Position numbers and translations under genes: made by a program
The notes under the pieces: generated by a model
What the model was told of the DNA's origin: nothing
What the model saw: the letters and a program-made list of their open reading frames with translations, nothing else
Database searches by the model: none
Part shown: in pieces, positions 40,141 to 52,600 of the stretch
Layout: each line of letters starts with the position of its first letter
How positions within the stretch are numbered: position 1 is the stretch's first letter
From: Eledone cirrhosa
Taxonomy: Eukaryota
Length of the DNA stretch: 64,000 nucleotides
Assembly (NCBI GenBank): GCA_964016885.1
Contig: OZ024740.1
Coordinates: 87,048,001 to 87,112,000 of the forward strand
Direction of reading: 5' to 3'

Positions 40141-40750
40141 TGGTGGCTGCCAACTCGTTTTCGAGTATGGCCACTAATTTATATCCATGTAGGAGAACTC
40201 CTACCGATGCGCTGAACGAGTGTGACTTTTTAGTCCAGCCAGCGACTTGAAAACTCTGGTACAAACATTACACTTGTGACAATTATTGACACATAGTGCT
40301 GGGCCCATGGTACCATGTGACGACAAGTGCAGAAAGATCTCCAGACATAAAGCAATGCCTGTGCCGTGAAGCTTTTATAGTGAGCAAAAGCATTGCACAA
40401 AGCTAGTCCCACCCTCTTAACCAAGATGATATTTACCAAAAAGAAGAACAAGTCAACATCATTGGATACCATCAGAGTTGCAGGTGTTATATAAGAGTTT
40501 TCCTTCTCCTAGAATTCTGCCTTGACAAAGGCTAAGGGGTCATCTCTCCCGGTGATTTTGGATGGCCATTGACTCTTAAGAGCTCCTTTGCCCTTTGACA
40601 GGTTTTGTTTTTAGTCCTGCAGGATGTCCAAAGTCACCCTTCTCACCAAGAAACCTTGGTGGGGTTGCCAGTTTAGTCGCCAGCGACCCGACCATGAGAC
40701 AGGTTATACTGGGATACATGTTACCAGTAGCACCAACTGGTGACCTGACA
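40141..40750 (-). mobile_element. Inverted copy of the ~610-bp repeat
   Basis: Reverse complement aligns end to end with 33810-34420. Confidence 0.85.
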
Positions 40751-40752
40751 TA

Positions 40753-40801
<49 letters not shown>

Positions 40802-40826
40802 CACACACACACATAAGTATAAACAA

Positions 40827-40877
<51 letters not shown>

Positions 40878-40954
40878 AAAATGTATGACCCCGACGGCTA
40901 TTTCTGGACGCACCAGTTCTGGTCCATCTGGTTCCTTACCACAACTCCTTCGTT

Positions 40955-42940
40955 ATAGTTGCTGAGATGCTGAAGGCATCTGGCACGGTTGGACACACCA
41001 TGGTCACCCGGATAGTTAACCAAGTCGTACTGAATGGGGTTGTTCCGAAGGACTGGCATAGCAGCATCATCGTTAACTGTTATAAGGGTAAAGGAGATGC
41101 CCTAGGTAGGAGTAACTATAGAGGCATTAAATTAATCGACCAGGTCATGAAGGTCATGGAAAAAGTAATAGCGCAACTAATCAGAGAGAGAATTGACCTA
41201 GATGAAATGCAGTTCGGGTTTGTGTCAGGCAAAAGTACCACAGACGCTCTCTTCATTGTACGACAACTACAGGAGAAGTACCTAGCTAAAAGTAAACCCC
41301 TCTACTTAGCTTTTGTCGACTTGGAGAAAGCCTTCGACAGAGTCGCCTGTTCCATTATCTGGTGGGCCCTTAGAAAACTAGGTGTCGACGAATGGCTTGT
41401 GAGAGCTATACAAGCCATGTATAAAGAAACAGTCAGCAAGGTTAGAATTAACAACGAATATAGTGAAGAGTTTAGCGTAAAAGTTGGCGTCCATCAGGGC
41501 TCTGTTCTCAGCCCCCTACTATTTATTATTGCCCTTCAGGCTATAACAGAGGAGTTCAAGACCGGCTGCCCATGGGAACTCCTATACGCAGACGACCTAA
41601 CACTCATAGCTGAATCAATGGCTGAGCTAGAGAAGAAATTCCAAACATGGAAGCACGGCCTAGAATCAAAAGGCCTTAAAATTAATCTGGCTAAGACCAA
41701 AGTTCTAGTTTGTAGGAGAAGAAAATAAGGCGGCGGTCCCTTTCGGGAAGTGGCCATGCTCAGTGTGTAGGAAAGGCGTAGGTAGAAACTCCATTTTGTG
41801 TCAGAAATGCAAAGTATGGGTGCATAAAAGATGTAGTGGGATCACAGGTAAGCTAACTAAGAACATAGATTTCACATGTGGGCGGTGCTCTGGTGCAATA
41901 AGTAGCAGCAAGTGCCCACAAAATACTAGCTCTTTCAACTGCGCAGAGGGCTCTATAGAAATAGTGGACAGTTTCCGTTACCTGGGTGACAAAATCAGCA
42001 GTGGGGGAGGGTGCTCTGAAAGTACAGTAGCTAGAGTCAGAACTGGATGGAAAAAGTTCAGAGAGCTTATACCACTATTAGCCGCTAAAGGGTTCTCCCT
42101 AAAAATGAATGGCAGGTTGTATGATGCCTGCATACGAACAGCAATGTTGCATGGCAGTGAGACCTGGGCATTGTGTGCAGAGGATATACGCAGACTAGAG
42201 AGGAACGAAGCTTGCATGCTCCGCTGGATGTGTAATAGTAATATACGTGAACGGCAAAGCATAAACGAACTAAGGAAAAAATTAGAAATAAGAGGGATCA
42301 GATGTTGTTTACTCGAGAGAAGGCTACGTTGGTATGGACACGTGATGCGCATGAAAGTCGATAGCTGTATAACAAAGTGCAGGGCAATAAAGATAGACGG
42401 TAGCCACGGAATAGGCAGACCCAGAAAAACCTGGGACGAACTTATAAACTTCGACCTCACACACTTACACCTCTCCAAGACAATGTCACTGGACCGAGAC
42501 CTTTGGCGGTACTCAGTAATAGAGAAGACCCGCCTTACCTAAATACATAGTAAAACCTACTACAGTCAGTAGGCATCTCTAACAAAATACACCCCCGTCC
42601 CACCACCCCCACCCCATCCACACCGCCTCCTTCTATGTAAAGTTATGTTGGTGCCACACCATCCAGGCCGAAACAAATGAGATCGTGTAGGTGTCACTAC
42701 AAAAAAACACACAGTCCACGCTGTAATGTGGCCGTGTAAGCAACACGGTAAAAACCTCCCAGACCCACACTGTAAATGTGGTTGGTGTTAGGAAGGGCAT
42801 CCAACTGTAGAAAACCTGCCAGACAGTCCTATGCGAGCAAGACAATCACTCTTGCCTCAAGTGGGAAAACCCCTGTCCAAACCCATGCAAGCGTGGAACA
42901 CGGACGTTAAACGTTGATGATGATGATGATGATGATGATA
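40955..42940 (+). mobile_element. RTE-clade LINE, 5'-truncated copy B (same family as copy A), one frameshift near 41720
   Basis: ORFs 40967-41728 and 41763-42542 nearly identical to copy A protein; same 3' module and (GAT)n tail. Confidence 0.95.
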
Positions 42941-42952
42941 TATATATATATA

Positions 42953-43145
42953 ACAAAGGAAATGTGGTAAGGAACCAGGTGGACCATAACGCACCACAGT
43001 ACTCGATAGTATGAGTAATAGAGTGGGTAATAGGAAAAGAGTCAGGACCCCGACGACTGAGTTCTGGCCGTTTCAACAGCTAGTTCTGATGTTCAGAACT
43101 AGCTGAAACTGCTGGATCTCGGCCGTCGGGGTCCTGACTCTTTTC
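42953..43145. mobile_element. Palindromic MITE-like repeat; related pieces at 13840-13990(-) and 40875-40954
   Basis: Terminal motif ac.aaggaa.tgtggtaaggaaccaggtggacc seen in both orientations; internal hairpin 43035-43145; TA-tract context. Confidence 0.65.
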
Positions 43146-44269
43146 ATATATATATATATGACACACGACCGTGACTTCTGGCGTCACGCAGTAATACAGG
43201 GTACCCGACCTCCCATGGGTACATGCTGAAGCATATAAACAATATGCCCCCCCCCCACCGCAAGGTGGTCGTGGAGGTGCCACGGCAAAAAAGCACCCAG
43301 CCCACACTGTAAAGTGGACGTGTAGGCGCCACGAAAAAGCACCCAGCACTCACTGTAAATGAGGTTGGTGTTAGGAAGGGCATCCAGCTGTAGAAATCAA
43401 GCCAGATCAGTTCCTGTATGAGCAAGGCATGGTCAGCCGACCAGACACTGCCCACAACAGGACAACCCGTCTAACCCATGCTAGCGTGGAAGAACGGACG
43501 TAAAACGGTGATGATGATGATGATGATATATAGTCTAGCCCATGCTAGCGTGGAAGATAGACGTTAAACGATGATGATGATAATATATATACACAAGAAA
43601 TGATGCCTCTCTATGAACTCCAATGTCACATGACAGTCAGACATGAGCCTTGAGTGCAGAACACCTGTGAATGCTAGAAAGAAGTGCAGAGAAATATCAG
43701 TGGTTAGATCTAGAAAGACATGGAATGAAGTAGTAAAGACCAACCTTAGGAAGTTAAATCTTACTACAGAAATGACAAAAGACCATGATAATAAATGTCA
43801 GGGAGTACTGTAAATAAATTGCCTTCAAGCTTAAAAATGTGATCTGATACAGTCTTGTACCCTCTTCACTACTATGTAAATATTTTCACCACTGTTCCCA
43901 CCCCAATGATGCCTTAATTCTAACACACCATCCATAACGCTTTAATAGCTATTTGCATCTACACTGTGTCCTCCAGAAGTATTCCAAATCACCCCTCACT
44001 GTCCAAAATCATCGTAAATCCATTCCAAATCCTAACATCAGTCATAACTCTTCAGTAATTGTTCCTATTCATCACAGGAAATCAACCCTCCTCTAACTCT
44101 CTCTCATCACACTCTGAAATTTCACCACTAACATATGTCCATGACATAATTTCTCACCCCTTCTCACCAAGTATTCTCCGCTTGAATCCCACTAACCCTG
44201 TGATATACCAATGACACTATACTTGTCATTCCCCCCACACATACATCCATATATACCCACATATATGCT

Positions 44270-44306
<37 letters not shown>

Positions 44307-45109
44307 CCTCATCATTTCATGCCTGTTTTCCTTGCTAGTAAGGGTTGGATGGGTCTTCATAGACCAAGCCAATACTCAAGTGGGGCTACTTATCTCCCAG
44401 ACAGGCCAAGGAGGTATGTAAACGATTTACATATGGTTATATAGAGTGAAGAGGAGAAGGTGTCGTGTCTTTTGACACAAACTGAAGGGGCCACATAAGC
44501 CCATAGTTGGCAAGCTTTCTATGACTAGATACCCTTCCTTTACAGTATATAATGGGTGCTTTTTTGTGTCAATCACCAGCACTAGGTAAGCTGCCATGTC
44601 CTTGACATATATATACACAAATATATCTAAGATCAGTAAGATCAACAAGGTTAATATCACTCTAATATATTTACAAGTTAATGGCTGCAGAAAAAAAACA
44701 TAAGTATAGAAGGAATTTCATAGAGCTGAAGTTTAGTGGGAAGATGGTTAAATAAATAGCAAGTGACTTTGAAGTGTTGGAATGGACACAATATGTAGAG
44801 ATCAGAGAAGAGTTGTGTGCTTACAGGTGAACATCTGTGTCTGTGAGTCTGTTTTCACCTTTATAAATAACATAGCTTTTTCAATGTTGAAATTAGTAAC
44901 AAATAGTTACATTTACAATCAGTTATTCATTGCTTATAGTGAATATAATGTGTGTATGTATGTGTATGTCAATATATATATATATGTGTGTGTGTGAATG
45001 TACATGTATGTGTTTTAAGTAAGTATGTTCTTTGCATTTGTGTTTGTATTTCTGTGTATGTGTGCATGTTTTTGCAAATGTATATATAACACTAGAAGTA
45101 AAATGTGGA

Positions 45110-45520
45110 TTAAATTTCAATGTGTATTCTTTGCATTCTTTTGTGCATTGTTAAAATGATGTTAGAGATAACAGAATTCCTATATATTACCCAATAATAG
45201 GGTTTTCTCCAGTGTGGAGAAGAGTTTGTGGTAGATAAGCTTCAAATTCTTAATGGAAGATTTCCAACATATTTCACAGTAAAATGGTTTTGTTTCACAG
45301 TGTATTCTTTTATGTTTTGTTAAAATAGTGTTAAGACAAAATATTTTCCTTATATTCCACAGTGGGAGGTGTTTTCCCTGTTGTGTAATTATTTTTATAT
45401 AAAAACTTCGTTTTTCAAAGAGAATCTTTCCCTATAAATCTTGCAGTGATATTCAGTAACATTTCTGTGAAATAATCTTTGCTTAGTAAACATTTCACTA
45501 CATAAATGTTTCTACCAACT
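45110..45520 (-). pseudogene. Decayed tandem C2H2 zinc-finger array
   Basis: ILTKHKRIHCETKPFYCEICWKS...LHTGENP...LTMHKR linker and finger motifs with frameshifts. Confidence 0.65.
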
Positions 45521-45849
45521 GTATTACTGTCTTAAAAATAGGCTATTTCTTTTCTAGAAATGCCAAATTCCCATATTTTGCAATCTCTATAAACAAATCT
45601 CAAGATAAAAATCCTGAATGTAGCTGAACTGTAATCAGAAGAGCTCTGCTTCTCACATGGATGATCAGAACAATTAGAATGATCTTCATATTAATAAACA
45701 GTGGGTAACTATGTATACTGTTTGTCTATGTTTTGTCAAAAGTAATAATTTTCTGAGCTGAGTATCAATCACTGCAACAAAGAATATAAATCCTGTTTCA
45801 AATATATTTTTACACAGATTTGCCATGGTTTTTTTCAACAAATTGCTCA

Positions 45850-46235
45850 CAGAATTGAAGATCTTTCTGTACCTATGTTGTGAATGAAAATGTCTAACAA
45901 TTAGGTCAAAGAATCTCTTACCTACATTTGTTCTTATGTTAAGGGAGTATGGAGGGGCAAACCAGAATTTTTCCTTTTTCAATTTCTATTCTTAGATCGA
46001 GCTCTGTTGGGCATGTACTTGATTTTTTTTCTAAATCCACTATCTCAGAGGACCTTGCTGTAGTATGATGCTACCAAATATTTCTCTATTAGATGATACA
46101 TTAAAAATTCTATAGCTAATATGAAGTACTAGATTACTAAAAAATCGTATGTGGGAGGCAGAATACTCCGTTAATATATTTTTGCCTTTCATTCAGTTTA
46201 TAATAGGGCTTAACTGTACCTGTTGATAGACATTG
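45850..46235 (-). mobile_element. Penelope-like element fragment (RT thumb/linker region), degenerate
   Basis: ...ISYRIFNVSSNREIF...DSGF...WFAPPYSLNIRTNVGKRFFDLIVRHFHSQHRYRKIFN, matching the WFNPPYS..V.TNIG..F motif of Penelope-like elements. Confidence 0.75.
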
Positions 46236-47869
46236 TTTGCATTTAAAAAAACTATCTCCAATGCAAATAGAAACCCCAACCCCCAAAATGCCCACTCATC
46301 AGACCTGCTAAATCTTCCATGCCCTATTTTCTGTCACCTATACATACACAAAAATGCAAATATAACAGATCCCCAAGCACACACACACACAGAGTATATT
46401 CATCACCTTTCAGCAACCCTGCCTATACAACCTTTATTAATGGATAAGAGTTTTTGCCTTTCATCCTTACGGGGTCGATAGAATAAAGTACCAGTAATGC
46501 ACTGGAATAATTGCTGGCCTTGTGCCAAAAGTAGAAACAATTAATGGATAAGAGTAAAAAATATTTGTCCATCCCTCCAAAATTTATCAAGAGGAATTAT
46601 CTCCCTTGGCTTTTAAAAGACAGTTTGTGATATTGTTTATTTGAGTTTTTTTAAAAATATACAACTTAGGTTACACACATATTAATACACATCTATTCGA
46701 AGCAAATTGCACACACCTCCTTGTACATATAGTGATGTAATATTATAATCTACAATATTTTGACTGGAACTCTTTATGAACTATGACCATTTTTCATAAA
46801 CAAGTTTTTTTTCTTTAAATTTGTCCTTGCACCTGATGAGGGAGACAAGTTTTAGAATAGCTTCTCCATTATAAAGTGGTGGCCATAACTGGACTCTGAA
46901 ATCTAAGGTCAGTCTGTGGATAAAGCAGAAGACACTTGTCCAACATGTGATCTAAGTGAGAGATCTAAGTGGAATAGAACCCAAAATACATGATTGCAAA
47001 GTGAACTTCCTTAGCAAAAATATTAGTCGAGTGTGGGAAAGATTTCAGGAAGAATCTAGAGATAAGCTTTCAAATTTCAATCCTTCACTTTCTCAACTAG
47101 ATCAGATAATATTTAAAACATATTGGACACTCAGTAATATTGATAAAAAAAAAGATTATGCTGGCTTCAAACTGGACATATACCATTGAACTACATTTTA
47201 TCATGAACAGGTCAGAGAGAATCATGTTTATGTTGTGATTTCCCAAAAATTCTTTGGCATTATTTGTTTCAATGTAAAAAACTATCAGTCTGAGAGAGAG
47301 GACATCTTGAAGCCAATCTTTAAAAAAGTATCAAGATTGGAGATACAATATATTGTATAAGATCTACCAGCTATAGACAAAATCATAGAGGTTATGAAAA
47401 GATTCAACAACAGAAACTTCGAGCTGCTTTTTAGCTTCACTAGCTTTTCATTCTTTCTTTATCAATTTTTAATGCTTATTTTGTCTCCTTCTCTATATAA
47501 TTTTCAAAATTATTATTTTTTTATTTTTATATTCACTTATCTCTATCTTGTTTTTTGCTTCTTAAATGTAAGAAGTATTAGATATTTCCCCTCATATGTC
47601 ATGGCTTACTAACTCTATACAGACGTTTAAATTGATTAAATAAATAAATGAATAAACAGTTTATATGTGTCTGTACATAATCCCTTCAAAAAAACCTGGT
47701 ACTGTTTCCATAACAGAGTACCTGCTGATATCCGCTTTACTTTATAAACTGCTTCGCCAAGCCAAATATCTCTTCTACACATTTTATAGTGCTCCTTGTT
47801 AGAGCCACACATCTCTCTGTACTGACCTTGACACTTGTATCCAAGTGGCAGTGGAAATATGCAATCCAG

Positions 47870-48790
47870 GTTTGATGATTTTGAATGACAACAGGTCACC
47901 TTACCTGTTAGAAACGACCTTGGTCTTTGGTCTGACTGGCTTTGCTGGTTTTGCTGCCATTTCTTTCATTGGTAACCCACTGTATTCAAGGAATGCAAGG
48001 CTGCCTGTGAGACTTGGAACCAGCTTGGACTTCACCCAGTAGACATCCCTCTTCCTCTTCTCCCTGTAGACATCAAATCCCTGCCAGAGCATATGAGATG
48101 TCATCCAGTGTGCCATGGCTTCCAAGAGGCTAGCGTGCCTGCTTGACCAGCATTGCCTCGCATGTTTTTGTTTGGCGTTGCAACCCCACAACAGTGCCTA
48201 GTTCAATGACTTACCCTCTTTTTTTACTGGAATGCAGCTCAATAACGATAACCTGCGAAGTGGCATTTTGCTGGCCTCGGTCTCTGGATTTGCAAGCCAC
48301 ATGAGTGTCACTGTGGATCCACTGTAGACTCTTTTGGTCTCCACCTGCTGTCCTGTCATTACAGTGCTGGTTGCCTTCCATGCCATGCTGCTCTCAACGA
48401 GATCATAAAGTATGGCTTGGATTCTACAAGCTTCCCCTCCCAGGGGATGGCAAAAGGCCAGACGGCATGACCGTCTTCCCGTTTGGCAGTGGTAAACCCC
48501 TCATCTGGGATGCCATATGCAGTGACACTTTCTCCAGCAGCAACCTGGTGCAGTCTGACTAATCCGGGCTCTGAAAATATTGGTCACTCTCTGACAGGCT
48601 TGCAGTTGAGCTTGTAGCTGTGTCCGGTGTCTTTGACCCTCAGACCCCCTTCCTGCTCACCACCATTTTTCATGGAGTTGGCTACTCGCAGGTGTGAGCC
48701 TCATGAGCTGGAATGGCTCTTCGACCATGTATTCCTTACAATCCTCCAGGGATACACATTCTCTATTCTGTCTGCCAGGACTGCAGGTCG
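47870..48790 (+). mobile_element. Degenerate 3' fragment of a CRE-like restriction-like-endonuclease non-LTR retrotransposon
   Basis: Frameshifted LGLWICKPHECHCGSTVDSFGLHLLSC...HAALNEIIK zinc knuckle followed by GDGKRPDGMTVFPFGSGKPLIWDAICSDT (RPD endonuclease motif). Confidence 0.8.
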
Positions 48791-49643
48791 ACCAGCATAT
48801 GGGCTCCCATTTGCATATAATAGTGAGAGATGGGGAGAGCCAGAGAGACAGAGACAGTGAGAAAAGAGAGAGAACAACAATGCACACAGGCACTTGATAA
48901 GACAAAGAAAGTTGAGAAGAGTGAAAATTCTAATCATTGTCTTTTTCAACTAAAATATCTCATTTGATTCTCATTCAATTTGTCTCTAGTATAGAGGTTA
49001 TTCTATTATAATCTAACATAGAACAAAAGTGCTACACTTCCATTCACTGTTAACTTAAAGAGTATTAACAATTATAAATAAAGAACTACGGATATGTAAT
49101 CCATTTGGATGATGACAGTTAGGTAAAGAAGTACTGAGAGATGTAAGTGGAAAGAAGCCACAGAAAAGGAAGACCAATAAAGACATGGATAGAAGTGACA
49201 AAGGCAGTGTGTTATGTCCTTGAGCAAAACACTTTGCTCTTTCTGCCAGGAGTTGCAACCACAATGGAAACATTGTTTCCTTGATCCAATTTGATGAGTT
49301 CCAAACCACTCGGTAAGCAAAGGAGTTCTGGAATCTTGTTGATAATTAAAAAATCATAGGTGGTGAAAACTAATCACAGGATACTAAACTTTACAAAGGA
49401 TTGGACAAAGCAACAGGTGGTGAGATGCTGTGTTACAGAAGACCCATCCACACCATGAAAGTATGGAAAAATGAATATAAAATGATGCTAATGACAAAAT
49501 ATTTTATATAAATGATGGAAAAAAACCGTAAGTGCAAACATTATAATTACTAACTTCTTTTTTCTTGATTTTTGTTATTATATATTTTTGTGCATTATAC
49601 AATTAACTGATTTTTCTTTGTGTATGGGAAAACAAGTACCAGA

Positions 49644-52600
49644 TCCCTGTTCAGAATTAAATAACAAACAGGATGATACCATTAAGTTAACCAATAAGTA
49701 TACTGGAATATATTTATATGCTTAGAACTATGTGTCTTCTCATAGATTTTGGCAACACTGTGCAAGTATGAAATGGACTACATTTTCAGAATCTTTGTGA
49801 CTATGATGTTCAGTAACAACTGCTCATTTTCATATAGAAAACATTACTTAGCTCATGTTCAATAATCCCTTAATTAATGTTACCATTATTGTTTGAAAAC
49901 AACATAAAAATTGAAAAGCTTCATTCTGATTGGTCCATCTGATTTTTCGTTGTGTATGGGAAAACAACTACCAGATTCTGAACATTATTATCTGACCGTG
50001 GAATTATATTTTTTCTATTGTGAATTTCTTTTATTTTCCTTTTTTTTATCAAAAAGGTAATATAAAATCCCAAATTTTTAATCGCAAATACATGTTTCTT
50101 TTTGTTGGATTTCCATCAGTAGGATTCCAAACTTTAGATATTCTATGAGAGTAAAGACATTGTATTCCATAAAAATTACTTTTTTAAATTGGGAATGAAT
50201 ACAGAGATTTTCATGAAAACACACATTAGTATATCAATCTGACAATAATTCAATGCTGTGTTCTAGCCATATATATATTTGTTATATGATATATATAGTT
50301 GTTGACTAAAAAAATAAATATATCATTAAGAGAATATATAATTGTTTCTACATTTGGCACAAGGCCAGCAATTATCCCAGCGTATTACTGGTGCTTTATT
50401 TTATCGACCCCGTAAGGATGAAAGGCAAAGTTAACCTCGGCGGGATTTGAACTCAGACCATAAAGGGACGTAACTCTTTGCTGCAAAGCATGGCGTCCAA
50501 CCCTCTACCAATACTGCCAATCCACCGCCCTACGGTGGATTGGCAGTATTGGTAGAGGGTCGGACGCCATATATAAGAGAATATATAATAAACACTAAGA
50601 TGCACTGTGATAGGAGTTGAACCTTGTATGTGCTGCATTTCAAGTGACCACATTCCTAATTACCTTCCAAAGAGCTTGTTAAGTTATGTTTTACTGCTAT
50701 AAACTAATACTTCTTTCAACCTGCAAAAATATCACATTTGTTTCTCAGATAATTCATAGTTTATTACGTCTGAAGAGAGAGTCTGAGGATTGTATCTTCA
50801 TAAAATATATTTACCTCCTATTCTGTAAAGAATTTGTAATGAATTCAATATTTAATATATAGATTATACCATAACTGAAACCTTTGTAAAATCTAAAAAT
50901 CAATAAGGAAACGTGATAGTTCTTAAAACCAAATCATTGTGAAATATTTCCTTTGTTGTGAAGGGATAAGTGATTTATACCTTCCCATCTAGCTCATGTG
51001 ATCACGTATCTAAGTCTTAACTAGTCTACTTGTTATATATCAATCATGGATAAATTTAAATGAATCCAATATAAATATACAGACTAATGTTATTTCACAT
51101 AAACCTGAAAGACAGTACTTCGGTTACATTACTCAGTGAATGAGTGTGATTTGTTATATGTAAGTTATATTGCAGCAAAGAAACTTAAATTATCAATTGA
51201 TGGCAGCTGGTGCAGCTATTAGCCAGCTTACTTCATTGATAGTTTGATGGACGTTCCTTAATTTGCAATAAGGATATTTAGTTGGAATTTCTTTGACATG
51301 TAACTGGATATACTTACTGATTAGAAAGCATGGTTTCAGTCGAAGATATTTGAAGATAATGTGATAATAACAGAGATAATGGTGGCTGTATAGCATCTCT
51401 TTCAAAGATTAACTAAGTGCCACCTCAAACAACTTCAGATGGTGGAAAAATAAATATATTTGAATTATTGTTGTAATCATTTTGCTTCTAACTCCATCTG
51501 GCAGACAACAAATTCCTTCAGACAGCTTGCTCCCCATGATAAGCAATACATCAAGTGTAGAAACATCTGTGATTACCTCACTCCAAGACAACACATTCAG
51601 ACAGGTCTAAAAGAATATGAACCTGAGCTGATTTCAATCTTCACTAAATTCTACCACCCATTTCTCCATATGCTTCAGATTTATGTCTCAGTTCAGGGTA
51701 ACACTTAATAGTGGATCCCATTCCAAAGAATGTCAACCATATGCAATGCCAGCAAATGTCATATCCTGTTTACTTATTAATGGCAATGGTGTCAATTCTT
51801 GATTTTCTTTTCTAACTCAATAAGCATAAGTACAATTTCTATACAGCAAGAAAACACGACAATACCAGTGATCTCAAGCTTTAGAAGACTTGGGAGGAAG
51901 CAAGTTGATCCCTTAACACTGAAATACCTTAGACCACACTGGCATTAGAACTTTTAAATGAATCTATCTACTTAAGCTTTGAGTCTGTTTTCATTACATT
52001 AAAGTATGCTGATAGACCATTCCTGACAGTATTTATTGATAAGGATCTCCCTAACTCTCCTATTAACAGAAATGTATCACTAAGTTCAGTAATATTTCTA
52101 ACTCCTTTCTTCTCTATATTGTTGAGCCATTTGCTGCTTTGCTATTTTAATATAAGATGCATGCACTTGTATACAGAAGATATTGAGCCTAAACTTAATC
52201 CACATGTAACCCAGATGCTATCGGCTATGCATATATGACTTCAATGAAAAGTGCCCTTAATCTTCTAATAAATTTGAACCTTAAATGTAATGTTATTATT
52301 TGGTCAACAGTATCTAATGCTTAACATTTAACTTCAGCATTCTTGGCCTCCTGAACCTCATTCCTACTCACTGCTATCGGAGCGGAGGTTGGCTACCTGC
52401 AATTGCAAGCCCTGCAACATGAAAAATTAAGACCCAATCAACAATATCAAGGCTACAACTAATGCTTGTGACAAGTGAAAAAGATGTTAAACCAGATGAG
52501 AATGATGATTATGATCCGTTCTGAAGTATTATCTAACCTCAATTTAGAAAACCATCTATCATGATGAAGCCATGACCATATTATAGATAATTGACTATAA

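Noticed and set aside
46828-46915. CUGAUGA...GAAA...GUC on + strand
   Set aside because: Stems I and II do not pair convincingly
47906-48064. Minus-strand exon-like segment with AG and GTAAG ends, candidate for the missing Ig1 exon
   Set aside because: Translation has no Ig features and it is the antisense of the CRE-like relic
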